NCBI GenBank assembly: GCA_964016885.1
Contig: OZ024744.1
Location: 80,042,001 to 80,106,000 of the forward strand
Direction of reading: 5' to 3'
Length of the DNA stretch: 64,000 nucleotides
Origin: Eledone cirrhosa
Taxonomy: Eukaryota
The position numbers and the translations under genes were made by a program. How positions within the stretch are numbered: the stretch's first letter is position 1; each line of letters starts with the position of its first letter. Below the pieces are notes generated by a model. The model was given only the letters and a program-made list of their open reading frames with translations. It was not told where the DNA came from and did no database searches. Below, piece by piece: positions 38,891 to 55,200 of this stretch.

Positions 38891-39643
38891 CTGCACGAAA
38901 GATAAGAGCTTTCTTTTTTTCAAAATGCCAACAAGCAACATTGAAAATTCTCATTATCATCATTTTTATCATCATCCAATAGCAGAAGCAGAAAGTCAAT
39001 AACCTCCCCTCTCTCTATCAATTTCAGTTTTTTTTATTTTTATAATCAGATGTGGTAAAGTGATATTGGACCTAACCATTAATGGGATACCAAACCCCTT
39101 AGACAAAATTTGAACTCAGAACATTAAGTGCCGGAATAGATACCAAAAGACATCTTGTGATAAGACTAGTACTTTATTTTATTGACCTTAAATAAATGAC
39201 AGGCAGAGTTGACCTCAGTGGGATTTGAAATCACAACACAAAATACCCAAAAGATATTTTGTCTGATGCTCTAACAATTCCATCAATTTACCACAATAGA
39301 CAGGTACCATACTTTATTAACCCCCACCACCACACACACATACCCAAAACTGATGAAAGACTTCACACTACAGATAAGACCCATCTCCATTATACATATG
39401 GTATATTCACAATGTACCATACATTTTGAACTGAGGGGGTCCTCCAAAGCACTTCTGGCGACTTTGGAGGGTGTTTTTCTTTTCTGTTTTTTTGGTGGGG
39501 GAGGGGGTATTCCTCCCATTTCTAAGTATTTTTATAGTGATTGACTTATTGCAGTTATTTTCTGTATTTGGGATGCTCACATTTTTCAAATGTCAAATTC
39601 TCCCAGTGCTCCATATATCATGTTTGTATATGTGTGCATGTGA

Positions 39644-39684
<41 letters not shown>

Positions 39685-40109
39685 CACATATACACACACA
39701 TATACAGAAATACACACACACCCACATATACAGACACACACACACACAATTGTAGACACACATATAGACAGACATGTTTACATATAGAAAAGCACACACC
39801 ACAACATACACACACACACCACAGCACACACACACACACAAATAGAAATGCAGCTGCATGCACATAAACACGTGTTGTATGCATGCGTGCACACACACAC
39901 AGAGAAAGATCAAGTATAGCTATTTGTGTTTCGATATTGATTTGCCTTCTAATGCCACACAAAAAGAAAATATGGTAACGGGAGAAAAGAAAGCCATTTA
40001 AAATTAGGTTAAATATCGTATGATGGACATTGCACTTAGATTATTAATAACAACACACTGCACACACAGACACATATGTCCCTAACACACACACAGAAAT
40101 ACACACAGA

Positions 40110-41900
40110 CACACACTATGGCAGAAACACACACACACTCCATGGCAGAAACATATACACACTCCATGGCAGAAACATATACACACTCCATGGCAGAAAC
40201 AAATACATACACACACACACTCCATGGCAGAAACATATACACACACACACACACTCCATGGCAGAAATATATACATACACACACACACACTCCATGGCAG
40301 AAACATATACACACACACCATGGCAGAAATATATACACACACACACACACTCTATGGCAGAAACATATACACACTCCATGGCAGAAACAAATACATACAC
40401 ACACACACTCCATGGCAGAAACATATACACACACACCATGGCAGAAATATACACACACACTCCATGGCAGAAACATACACACACACACACACTCCATGGC
40501 AGAAACATACACACACACACACACACTCCATGGCAGAAACATACACACACACACACACACACACTCCATGGCAGAAACATATACACACACACACACTCCA
40601 TGGCAGAAATATATACACACACACACACCATAGCAGAAACATACATACAGAACAGAACACACACACACACACTCCATGGCAGAAACATATACACACACAC
40701 ACTCCATAGCAGAAACATACAGAACAGAACACACACACACACTCTCTCCATGGCAGAAACATGCATACAGAACAGAACACACACACACTCACAGCCCTGG
40801 CAGAAACACACAACAGAACACACACACACACACTCCATGGCAGAAACATATACACACACACACACTCCATAGCAGAAACATACAGAACAGAACACACACA
40901 CACACTCTCTCCATGGCAGAAACATGCATACAGAACAGAACACACACACACTCACAGCCCTGGCAGAAACACACAACAGAACACACACACACACACTCCA
41001 TGGCAGAAACATATACACACACACACACTCCATAGCAGAAACATACAGAACAGAACACACACACACACTCTCTCCATGGCAGAAACATGCATACAGAACA
41101 GAACACACACACACTCACAGCCCTGGCAGAAACACACAACAGAACACACACACACACACTCCATAGCAGAAACATACAGAACAGAACACACACACACACT
41201 CTCTCCATGGCAGAAACATGCATACAGAACAGAACACACACACACTCACAGCCCTGGCAGAAACACACAACAGAACACACACACACACACTCCATGGCAG
41301 AAACATATACACACACACACACTCCATAGCAGAAACATACAGAACAGAACACACACACACACTCTCTCCATGGCAGAAACATGCATACAGAACAGAACAC
41401 ACACACACTCACAGCCCTGGCAGAAACACACAACAGAACACACACACACACACTCCATGGCAGAAACATATACACACACACACACTCCATAGCAGAAACA
41501 TACAGAACAGAACACACACACACACTCTCTCCATGGCAGAAACATGCATACAGAACAGAACACACACACACTCACAGCCCTGGCAGAAACACACAACAGA
41601 ACACACACACACACACTCCATGGCAGAAACATATACACACACACACACTCCATAGCAGAAACATACAGAACAGAACACACACACACACTCTCTCCATGGC
41701 AGAAACATGCATACAGAACAGAACACACACACACTCACAGCCCTGGCAGAAACACACAACAGAACACACACACACACACTCCATAGCAGAAACATACAGA
41801 ACAGAACACACACACACACACACTCCATGGCAGAAACACATGCACACAACAGAATACACACACACAACAGAATATGCACACGCACAACTGAATACACAGC
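40110..41900. repeat. ccatggcagaaac-(CA)n satellite with a 163-bp higher-order repeat
   Basis: Short 26-36-bp units to ~40630, then a four-subunit block. Identical ORF starts at 40761/40924/41087 and 41218/41381/41544/41707 are 163 bp apart. Confidence 0.95.
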
Positions 41901-41904
41901 AGGG

Positions 41905-42390
41905 GGGGGGAGGCAGAGAGCGGTACAGGCAGAGACAGGAGGACAGAGACAGAGGGTGACAGAGAGAGGGAGAAGTACAGACAGACGGAGAGCGAGGGGA
42001 GAGGGAGACAGAGAGAGGGGGACAGAGAGAGGGAGACAGAGACAGTGAGAAGGGGACAGACAGAGGGGTGGGGCAGACAGACGGAGAGAGGTGTGAGAGG
42101 GAGACACAGAGACAGAGAGAGAGAGGGGAGGACAGACAAACAGGACAGATAGAGAAAGGGAGAGTGGGAGAGGGGAACATGGAGATGGACTGAGAGAGGG
42201 AGGGGGACAGACAGAGCAAAGGAAAGGGGGACAGAGAGGGGGGGAGAGACAAAAGGACAGAGCAAGATAGCCAGGGACAGACAGAGAGAGAGAGAGAGAG
42301 GGAGAGAGAGTAGGAGAAAGAGACAGATAGGGAGGGAGGTAAAGAGACAAAGACAGACGGACAGTCAGGGATGGAGGAAGCAAGAGAAAA
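41905..42390. repeat. GA-rich polypurine tract
   Basis: gagagggagacagaca-type low complexity. Confidence 0.85.
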
Positions 42391-42548
42391 CAGCAAAAGC
42401 AAACTTTTGAGGCTAAATATTCCTTCTATCTCATATTCCTTTCCAATGTGGTCTATTGTGGCCTGTTTTCTTCAAAGAGAACAACTAATCCACAGAGAAA
42501 CATTACATTCTACATGTTTGATTTAACTGTTAAGATTATTTAAAGACT

Positions 42549-42766
42549 TAACCCTTTAAAGTTCAAACCGGCCAGAATTCTTTACTCCTTTCTGTTGAAA
42601 CTGGCTGTAACTGGTCGCTCTCACTGATGATAAGGTATTGTTCTCAAAATAAATACTTTCAAAATCTCATAGATTCGATATTATGTGAGATATTATGTGA
42701 GGTAAAGTCTTTACCATGAAAATATAATAGTATATATATAGAGTAATGTGAATGTTAAAGGGTTAA
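42549..42766. mobile_element. ~220-bp TTAA-flanked MITE (piggyBac-like, non-autonomous)
   Basis: Terminal inverted repeats ttaaccctttaa...ttaaagggttaa. The same body occurs at ~2256-2495, 3131-3850 (interrupted by SINEs), 7924-8150, 14896-15124, 32490-32690 and 42926-43461 (interrupted). Confidence 0.75.
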
Positions 42767-43713
42767 GGATTAAGTTAAACATTAGACTTCGATGAGGACT
42801 AGTTATAGGGGTTGGTCTGGGTTGTTGGCAGAAAACCCAGCAGTACTGTCCCATCTTAGACTCTTAGAGAGTATGTTGTTGTTTGCTTGAAGCATTACAT
42901 AAAGTGAGGAAAATAAATGTTTTGTTTAATCCTTTAGCATTTACATTACTCTATATATATACTGGCAGGGAATTGGCAGAGTCGTTAGAACGGCGGATAG
43001 GATGCTTTATGGTATTTGTTCCAGTTCTCTAATTTCAAATCCTGACTAGGTCAACTTTGCCTTTCATCCTTTCGAGGTTGATAAAAAAGTACAAGTCTAG
43101 TACTGGGGTTGATTCTTCCTCTATATATCCTTTCTCATTTCCTCTCACTTTCTATCTTTCTCTGGAAGAAATCTGCTATAGTCAGGCCAGGAGAGGGATG
43201 GGCTCTGCCAGGCTTAAAATGCCCAAGAAACCCTGTATGTCAATACAGCACCCCTATGACTCTCACGAGTTACAAGACCATACTATTGTATTTTTGTGGT
43301 AAAGGCTTTATCTCACATAATATTGAATCTATGAAATTTAGATATTTATTTTGAGAACAATACCTTAACATCAGTATGGGTGGCCAGTAACAGCCGGTTT
43401 GAACAGAAAGAGGTGAGAGAATTCTGGCCGGATATGGCTGATTTAAATGCTTAAGGGTTAAACTTTAAACCTGGCCCTAAAGCTTGCAACAAAATGAATT
43501 CTGCTAAAAGTGCCTCTGACTCTTTTTTCAGGACCCCTGCCTCACCGCCAACATGTTGTGTAGGAAGAAGGTATCTTTAAATTGTAAACCTGACCTAAAT
43601 GCTGGTAATAGAGCTGTGTTAAATCTACCTGTCAAGTAAATTAGATGAATGAGGGACCAGTTATGGTGGTTGGTGTATGGGAAATAAAACCTGTCAAGTC
43701 TTTGAAAATACAC

Positions 43714-43867
43714 ACAGTGTACCCACCAGCATTCGCGGAATTTTCCTTAAAATCTAACTATAATTTATATATTCGTCTGGACCACGTCCAATATTCGCGG
43801 TTTTTCACTCTTCACGGGTGCTCTAGGAACGTAATCACTGCGAATAGGGGGGGGGGGGCTACTGTAT
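43714..43867. mobile_element. Pogo/Tigger-like MITE
   Basis: cagtg.accc...attcgcg / cgaatagggg...actgta ends; the body ggaccacgtccaatattcgcg is shared with ~35790-36072. Confidence 0.55.
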
Positions 43868-44689
43868 ATCATGTAATGAAAAAAAAATAAGACCATTGAT
43901 TTGAGTGCTCTAATAATGATGATGTTGATGATGATGATACCGATGAGGTGGAGGAGGAAGAAGAAGAGAAGGATTCTAATGGTTCTGGAAGGCTCACCAT
44001 TTTACATCAGCTTTCCATGTTGATACTGGTTAGACTGATCATCATTGAAACCATCACCCATCTAGTCTGGATGCCCTTTCTAATGCCAACAACTTTACAG
44101 AGTGTACTGGAGGGGCCATTTTATTGTATCACCAGCACAAGCCTTTAGAAATGGCATAATTCTATAATCTATATCTCTCTCTATAGATATAATGAAATGT
44201 CTTGCTTAAGAACACAATGTGCCATCCATTCCAAGAATGAAACCTACATCCTTGTGATCAACAATGTAACACCCTAACACACACATGCACGCACACACAT
44301 ATGCACACACACACATGCGTACACACACATGAGCACACATACCAAGATATATTTATCTGATATAATTCTAAATTTTTAAACCAAGTAATTTCTTCACACA
44401 CAAACACATTGACACACTTTAACACTGACACAAATGCATGTACACAAACAAATACACATTTACACTCATACATATACGCACATGTGCACACACACACACC
44501 TCTCTCTCTCAAAAATATATCTGATACAGCAATTTTCAACTTGTACTAATCCACGTCACATTAAATATGTTAGAATTGTTATGACACAAAACATTTTTAA
44601 AGGGTTTGTTTGTATTTTTTGCTTTTTGTTTTTAAATAAAAATAAAAATATTGAAATTGTTTTAAAACAAAGATGAATGAACACATCGC

Positions 44690-44850
44690 ATAGGGATGGC
44701 TCTGTGGTTAAGAATTTTGCTTCACAACCACATGGTTTAGAGTTCAGTCACCCCACTATGTGGAATCTTCGGCAAGTGTACTTTTACTGTATGTAGCTTT
44801 TGGGTTGAGTAATGCTTTTCTAAGTTAAGTTTATGATATGAGAAGCTGTG
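44690..44850 (+). mobile_element. Second SINE family (CORE-SINE-like) head
   Basis: tggctctgtggttaag...gagttcagtc...ggcaagtg. Related heads lie at ~1130-1250 (-), 5920-6000 and 37850-37950. Confidence 0.55.
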
Positions 44851-45440
44851 TGGAATTTATGAAATGGGAAAACTGTGTGGAATTTATGAAATGGGAGCTG
44901 AGCTGTGTGGAATTTATTGAGATCTGTGTGGAATTTATTGAAATGGGAAACTGAGTTGTGTGGAATTTGAGATCTGTGTGGGATTTATTGAGATGGGAAA
45001 CTGAGCAGTATGGAATTTAATGAGATGGGAAGCTGAGCTGTGTGGAATTTATTGAGATGGGAAGCTGAGCAGTGTGGAATTTAATGAGATGGGAAGCTGA
45101 GCTGTGTGGAATTTATTGAGATGGGAAACTGAGTAGTGTGGAATTTATTGAGATGGGAAGCTGAGCTGTGTGGAATTTATTGAGATGGGAAGCTGAGTAG
45201 TGTGGAATTTAATGAGATGGGAAGCTGAGCTGTGTGGAATTTATTGAAATGGAAAGCTGAGCTGTGTGGAATTTATTGAGATGGGAAACTGACCTGTGTG
45301 GAATTTTTTTAGATGGAAAGCTGAGCTGTGTAGAATTTATTGAGATGGGAAACTGACCTGTGTGGAATTTATTGAGATGGAAAGCTGAGCTGTGTAGAAT
45401 TTATTGAGATGGAGAAACTGAGCTGTGTGGAATTTGAGAT
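44845..45440. repeat. 32-bp minisatellite (tgagatgggaagctgagctgtgtggaatttat)n
   Basis: Read directly; unit starts at 45021 and 45053. Confidence 0.95.
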
Positions 45441-45779
45441 CTGAAAGCTGTATGGAGTATTTTTTAAAGAGGGTAGCTGAGTGGAAACTCTGTTGTATGT
45501 GCATGCACACACACATAGTTGCACGTGTCCTATTTTGTTTCACTGTGTGTGTGTGTCTCTCTAAGCTTTTAGAAGAGGTATACTGTATCCCTGCATGTTG
45601 TAAGTGGTGACCAAACGTGTTGGTGTCAGGAATGGCATCAAGCTGACTGTAAAACATTGTCTTAACCATCTTGTCCAACCTATGGTAGTGTGGCAAGGTG
45701 GATATAAAAACAACGATGATAATGAGAATGATGATGATGATTATTGTTTATGTCATGTGACTTAGTGATTTGATATAAA

Positions 45780-46000
45780 TGAGGATGACTGCTGGGTGAA
45801 GAAGTGCCAAGTAATGCCAGAAGAAGGAAGACGCAGTAGAGGAAAACCACGAAAAATATGGGCAGAGCTGGTGAGAGGTAAATTCAAATTGCTGAAACTC
45901 TTAGAGGAGCTGACAAAGGACCGTGACAAATGGAGAGATGCTGTGCTGAAGAGGACCCATCACACCTTTGCAAGAAGGGAAAAGTGGATGTAAAATGATG
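45780..46000 (+). mobile_element. RTE-type LINE 3' fragment
   Basis: WVKKC...EGRRSRGKPRKIWAE...DRDKWR, then an (ATG)n-like tail. Confidence 0.65.
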
Positions 46001-46299
46001 AGGAGCTACAAAATAAGTACTGGCTCAGCTACAATTGACTAGATCCCTTCTATGACATGGCCTCAGAATAGTCACAGTCATAGCCTAATGACTGGAATCA
46101 AGAAAAGAAGAATAAAGAATACAGTGTTGTAGGGCATTTAAAAAAAAACACTTCGGTTTTCTAAATATCTTGAAATTTTATTATATACCTCTTTTCTTTG
46201 AATACTTACAACCTACATGGGGACCATACATGGAACCCATATGTGGGACATTGCACTTAGATTACTAATGACAACACACTGTCCTGAGAGAAACACAAC

Positions 46300-49200
46300 A
46301 AAACACACACACACACTCTCCATGGCAGAAACACATACACAACAGAATACACACACTCTCCATGGCAGAAACACATACACAACAGAATACACACACTCTC
46401 CATGGCAGAAACACATACACAACAGAATACACACACACACACTCCATGGCAGAAACACATACACAACAGCATACACACAGACTCTCCATGGCAGAAACAC
46501 ATACACAACAGAATACACACACACACTCCATGGCAGAAACACATACACAACAGAATACACACACACACTCCATGGCAGAAACAGATACACAACAGAATAC
46601 ACACACACACTCCATGGCAGAAACACATACACAACAGAATACACACACACTCCATCGCAGAAACACATACACAACAGAATACACACACACTCTCCATGGC
46701 AGAAACACATACACAACAGAATACACACACACGCACTACATGGCAGAAACAGTAACACAACAGAAAACACACACACTCTCCATGGCAGAAACACATACAC
46801 AACAGAATACACACACACTCTCCATGACAGAAACACATACACAACAGAATACACACACACTCCATGGCAGAAACACATACACAACAGAATACACACACAC
46901 TCCATCGCAGAAACACATACACAACAGAATACACACACACTCTCCATGGCAGAAACACATACACAACAGAATACACACACACACTCCATGGCAGAAACAC
47001 ATACACAACAGAATACACACACACACTCCATGGCAGAAACAGATACACAACAGAATACACACACATACTCCATGGCAGAAACACATACACAACAGAATAC
47101 ACACACTCTCCATGGCAGAAACACATACACAACAGAATACACACACACTCCATGGCAGAAACAGATACACAACAGAATACACACACACACTCCATGGCAG
47201 AAACACATACACAACAGAATACACACACTCTCCATGGCAGAAACACATACACAACAGAATACACACACACACTCTCCATGACAGAAACACAAACAACAGA
47301 ATACACACACACACTCCACGACAGAAACACATACACAACAGAATACACACACACACACTCCATGACAGAAACACGTACACAACAGAATACACACACACAC
47401 ACTCCATGGCAGAAACACATACACGACAGAATACACACACACTCCATGACAGAAACACATACACAACAGAATACACACACACACTCCATGGCAGAAACAC
47501 ATACACAACAGAATACACACACACTACAAGACAGAAACACATACACAACAAAATACACACACACTCCATGACAGAAACACATACACAACAGAATACACAC
47601 ACACACTCTCCATGGGAGAAACACATACACAACAGAATACACACACACTACATGGCAGAAACACATACACAACAGAATACACACACACACTCCATGGCAG
47701 AAACACATACACAACAGCATACACACAGACTCTCCATGGCAGAAACACATACACAACAGAATACACACACACACTCCATGGCAGAAACACATACACAACA
47801 GAATACACACGCACACTCCATGGCAGAAACACATACACAACAGAATACACACACACTCTCCATGGCAGAAACACATACACAACAGAATACACACACACAC
47901 ACTCCATGGCAGAAACACATACACAACAGCATACACACAGACTCTCCATGGCAGAAACACATACACAACAGAATACACACACACACTCCATGGCAGAAAC
48001 ACATACACAACAGAATACACACACACACTCCATGGCAGAAACACATACACAACAGAATACACACACACACTCTCCATGGCAGAAACACATACACAACAGA
48101 ATACACACACACTCTGCATGGCAGAAACACATGCACAACAGAATACACACACGCTCCATGGCAGGAACACATACACAACAGAATACACACACACTCCATC
48201 GCAGAAACACATACACAACAGAATACACACACACTCTCCATGGCAGAAACACATACACAACAGAATACACACACACTCCATGGCAGAAACACATACACAA
48301 CAGAATACACACACACGCACTACATGGCAGAAACAGTAACACAACAGAATACACACACACACTCCATGACAGAAACACATACACAACAGAATACACACAC
48401 ACACACTCCATGACAGAAACACATACACAACAGAATACACACACACACACTCTCAATGGCAGAAACACATACACAACAGAATACACACACACTCTCCATG
48501 GTAGAAACACATACACAACAGAATACACACACACTCTCCATGGCAGAAACACATACACAACAGAATACACACACACACTCCATGGCAGAAACACATACAC
48601 AACAGAATAGACACACACACTCCATGGCAGAAACACATACACAACAGAATACACACACACACTCCATGGCAGAAACACATACACAACAGAACACACACAC
48701 ACACTCCATGGCAGAAACACATACACAACAGAACACACACACACACACTCCACACCATGGCAGAAACACATACACAACAGAATACACACACACTCTCCAT
48801 GTCAGAAACACATACAAAACAGAATACACACACACACTCAATGGCAGAAACACATACACAACAGAATACACACACACACTGCATGGCAGAAACACATACA
48901 CAACAGAACACACACACACACTCCACACCATGGCAGAAACACATACACAACAGAATACACACACACACTCCATGGCAGAAACACATACACAACAGAATAC
49001 ACACACACTCTCCATGGCAGAAACACATACACAACAGAATACACACACACTCTCCATGACAGAAACACATACACAACAGAATACACACACACTCTCCATG
49101 ACAGAAACACATTCACAACAGAATACACACACACTCTCCATGACAGAAACACATACACAACAGAATGCACAGACTCTACATGGCAGAAACACATACACAA

Positions 49201-52200
49201 CAGAATACACACACACTCCATGGCAGAAACACATACACAACAGAATACACACATACACTCCATGACAGAAACACATACACAACAGAATACACACACACTC
49301 CATGGCAGAAACACATACACAACAGAATACACACACACTCTCCATGGCAGAAACACATACACAACAGAATACACACACACACTCCATGGCAGAAACACAT
49401 ACACAACAGAATACACACACACTACAAGACAGAAACACATACACAACAGAATACACACACACTCTCCATGGCAGAAACACATACACAACAGAATACACAC
49501 ACACACTCCATGGCAGAAACACATACACAACAGAATACACACACACTCTCCATGGCAGAAACACATACACAACAGAATACACACACACACTCCATGACAG
49601 AAACACATACACAACAGAATACACACGCACACACTCCATGGAGGAAACACATACACGACAGAATACACACACACTCCATGACAGAAACACATACACAACA
49701 GAATACACACACACACACTCCATGGCAGAAACACATACACAACAGAATACACACACACTACAAGACAGAAACACATACACAACAGAATACACACACACAC
49801 TCCATGAAAGAAACACATACACAACAGAATACACACACACACTCTCCATGGGAGAAACACATACACAACAGAATACACACACACACTCTCCATGGGAGAA
49901 ACACATACACAACAAAATACACACACACTACATGGCAGAAACAGTAACACAACAGAATACACACACACACTCCATGTCAGAAACACATACACAACAGAAT
50001 ACACACACACTCTCCATAGCAGAAACACATACACAACAGAATACACACACACTCTCCATAGCAGAAACACATACACAACAGAATACACACACACACTCCA
50101 TGGCAGAAACACATACACAACAGAATACACACACTCTACATGGCAGAAACACATACACAACAGAATACACACACATACTCCATGGCAGAAACACATACAC
50201 AACAGAATACACACAAACTCTACATGGCAGAAACACATACACAACAGAATACACACACACACTCCATGGCAGAAACACATACACAACAGAATACACACAC
50301 ACACTCCATGGCAGAAACACATACACAACAGAATACACACACACACTCTCCATGGCAGAAACACATACACAACAGAATACACACACACTCTGCATGGCAG
50401 AAACACATGCACAACAGAATACACACACGCTCCATGGCAGGAACACATACACAACAGAATACACACACACTCTCCATGGCAGAAACACATACACAACAGA
50501 ATACACACACACTCCATGGCAGAAACACATACACAACAGAATACACACACACGCACTACATGGCAGAAACAGTAACACAACAGAATACACACACACACTC
50601 CATGACAGAAACACATACACAACAGAATACACACACACACACTCCATGACAGAAACACATACACAACAGAATACACACACACACACTCCATGTCAGAAAC
50701 ACATACACAACAGAATACACACACACTCTCCATAGCAGAAACACATACACAACAGAATACACACACACTCTCCATAGCAGAAACACATACACAACAGAAT
50801 ACACACACACACTCCATGGCAGAAACACATACACAACAGAATACACACACTCTACATGGCAGAAACACATACACAACAGAATACACACACATACTCCATG
50901 GCAGAAACACATACACAACAGAATACACACAAACTCTCCATGGCAGAAACACATACACAACAGAATACACACACACACTCCATGGCAGAAACACATACAC
51001 AACAGAATACACACACACACTCCATGGCAGAAACACATACACAACAGAATACACACACACACTCTCCATGGCAGAAACACATACACAACAGAATACACAC
51101 ACACTCTGCATGGCAGAAACACATGCACAACAGAATACACACACGCTCCATGGCAGGAACACATACACAACAGAATACACACACACTCCATCGCAGAAAC
51201 ACATACACAACAGAATACACACACACTCTCCATGGCAGAAACACATACACAACAGAATACACACACACTCCATGGCAGAAACACATACACAACAGAATAC
51301 ACACACACGCACTACATGGCAGAAACAGTAACACAACAGAATACACACACTCCATGACAGAAACACATACACAACAGAATACACACACACACACTCCATG
51401 ACAGAAACACATACACAACAGAATACACACACACACACTCTCAATGGCAGAATAACACATACACAACAGAATACACACACACTCTCCATGGTAGAAACAC
51501 ATACACAACAGAATACACACACACTCTCCATGGCAGAAACACATACACAACAGAATACACACACACACTCCATGGCAGAAACACATACACAACAGAATAG
51601 ACACACACACTCCATGGCAGAAACACATACACAACAGAATACACACACACACTCCATGGCAGAAACACATACACAACAGAACACACACACACACTCCATG
51701 GCAGAAACACATACACAACAGAACACACACACACACACTCCACACCATGGCAGAAACACATACACAACAGAATACACACACACTCTCCATGTCAGAAACA
51801 CATACAAAACAGAATACACACACACACTCAATGGCAGAAACACATACACAACAGAATACACACACACACTGCATGGCAGAAACACATACACAACAGAACA
51901 CACACACACACTCCACACCATGGCAGAAACACATACACAACAGAATACACACACACACTCCATGGCAGAAACACATACACAACAGAATACACACACACTC
52001 TCCATGGCAGAAACACATACACAACAGAATACACACACACTCTCCATGACAGAAACACATACACAACAGAATACACACACACTCTCCATGACAGAAACAC
52101 ATTCACAACAGAATACACACACACTCTCCATGACAGAAACACATACACAACAGAATACACAGACTCTACATGGCAGAAACACATACACAACAGAATACAC

Positions 52201-55200
52201 ACACACTCCATGGCAGAAACACATACACAACAGAATACACACATACACTCCATGACAGAAACACATACACAACAGAATACACACACACTCCATGGCAGAA
52301 ACACATACACAACAGAATACACACACACACTCCATGGCAGAAACACATACACAACAGAATACACACACACACTCCATGGCAGAAACACATACACAACAGA
52401 ATACACACACACTACAAGACAGAAACACATACACAACAGAATACACACACACTCTCCATGGCAGAAACACATACACAACAGAATACACACACACACTCCA
52501 TGGCAGAAACACATACACAACAGAATACACACACACTCTCCATGGCAGAAACACATACACAACAGAATACACACACACACTCCATGACAGAAACACATAC
52601 ACAACAGAATACACACGCACACACTCCATGGAGGAAACACATACACGACAGAATACACACACACTCCATGACAGAAACACATACACAACAGAATACACAC
52701 ACACACACTCCATGGCAGAAACACATACACAACAGAATACACACACACTACAAGACAGAAACACATACACAACAGAATACACACACACACTCCATGAAAG
52801 AAACACATACACAACAGAATACACACACACACTCTCCATGGGAGAAACACATACACAACAGAATACACACACACACTCTCCATGGGAGAAACACATACAC
52901 AACAAAATACACACACACTACATGGCAGAAACACATACACAACAGAATACACACACACGCACTACATGGCAGAAACAGTAACACAACAGAATACACACAC
53001 ACACTCCATGTCAGAAACACATACACAACAGAATACACACACACTCTCCATAGCAGAAACACATACACAACAGAATACACACACACTCTCCATAGCAGAA
53101 ACACATACACAACAGAATACACACACACACTCCATGGCAGAAACACATACACAACAGAATACACACACTCTACATGGCAGAAACACATACACAACAGAAT
53201 ACACACACATACTCCATGGCAGAAACACATACACAACAGAATACACACAAACTCTACATGGCAGAAACACATACACAACAGAATACACACACACACTCCA
53301 TGGCAGAAACACATACACAACAGAATGCACACACACTCTACATGGCAGAAACACATACACAACAGAATACAGACACACTCAATGACAGAAACACATACAC
53401 AACAGAATACACACACACTCTACATGGCAGAAACACGTACACAACAGAATACACACACACACTCCATGTCAGAAACACATACACAACAGAATACACACAC
53501 ACACTCCATGGCAGAAACACATACACAACAGAATACACACACACACTCCATGGCAGAAACACATACACAACAGAATACACACACACACTCCATGGCAGAA
53601 ACACATACACAACAGAATACACACACACACTCCATGGCAGAAACACATACACAACAGAATACACACACACACTCTATGACAGAAACACGTACACAACAGA
53701 ACACACACACACACTCCATGACAGAAACACATACACAACAGAATACACACACACACACAGTCTCCATGGCAGAAACACATACACAACAGAATAAACACAC
53801 ACACTCTACATGGCAGAAACACATACACAACAGAATACACACACACACACTCCATGGCAGAAACACATACACAACAGAATACACACACACTCTCCATGGC
53901 AGAAACACATACACAACAGAATACACACACACACTCCATGGCAGAAACACATACACAACAGAATACACACACACTCTCCATGACCGAAACACATACACAA
54001 CAGAATACACACACACTCTCCATGGCAGAAACACATACACAACAGAATACACACATACACTCCATGTCAGAAACACATACACAACAGAATACACACACAC
54101 TCTCCATGGCAGAAACACGTACACAACAGAATACACACACACACTCCATGGCAGAAACACATACACAACAGAATACACACACACACTCCATTGCAGAAAC
54201 ACATACACAACAGAATACACACACACACTCCATTGCAGAAACACATACACAACAGAATACACACACACACTCCATGGCAGAAACACATACACAACAGAAT
54301 ACACACACACACACAGTCCATGACAGAAACACATACACAACAGAATACACACACACACTCCATGGCAGAAACACATACACAACAGAATACACACACACAC
54401 ACTCCATGACAGAAACACATACACAACAGAATACACACACACACACTCCATGACAGAAACACATACAGAACAGAATACACACACACACTCTCCATGGCAG
54501 AAACACATACACAACAGAATACACACACACACTCCATGACAGAAATACATACACAACAGAATACACACACACACACTCCATGACAGAAACACATACACAA
54601 CAGAATACACACACACACACACTCTCCATGGCAGAAACACATACACAACAGAATACACACACACTCTCCATGGTAGAAACACATACACAACAGAATACAC
54701 ACACACTCTCCATGGCAGAAACACATACACAACAGAATACACACACACACACTCCATGGCAGAAACACATACACAACAGAATAGACACACACACTCCATG
54801 GCAGAAACACATACACAACAGAATACACACACACACACTCCATGGCAGAAACACATACACAACAGAACACACACACACACACTCCACACCATGGCAGAAA
54901 CACATACACAACAGAATACACACACACTCTCCATGTCAGAAACACATACAAAACAGAATACACACACACACTCCATGGCAGAAACACATACACAACAGAA
55001 TACACACACACACTGCATGGCAGAAAAACATACACAACAGAACACACACACACACCCCACACCATGGCAGAAACACATACACAACAGAATACACACACAC
55101 ACTCCATGGCAGAAACACATACACAACAGAATACACACACACACTCCATGGCAGAACACATACACAACAGAATACACACACACTCTCCATGGCAGAAACA

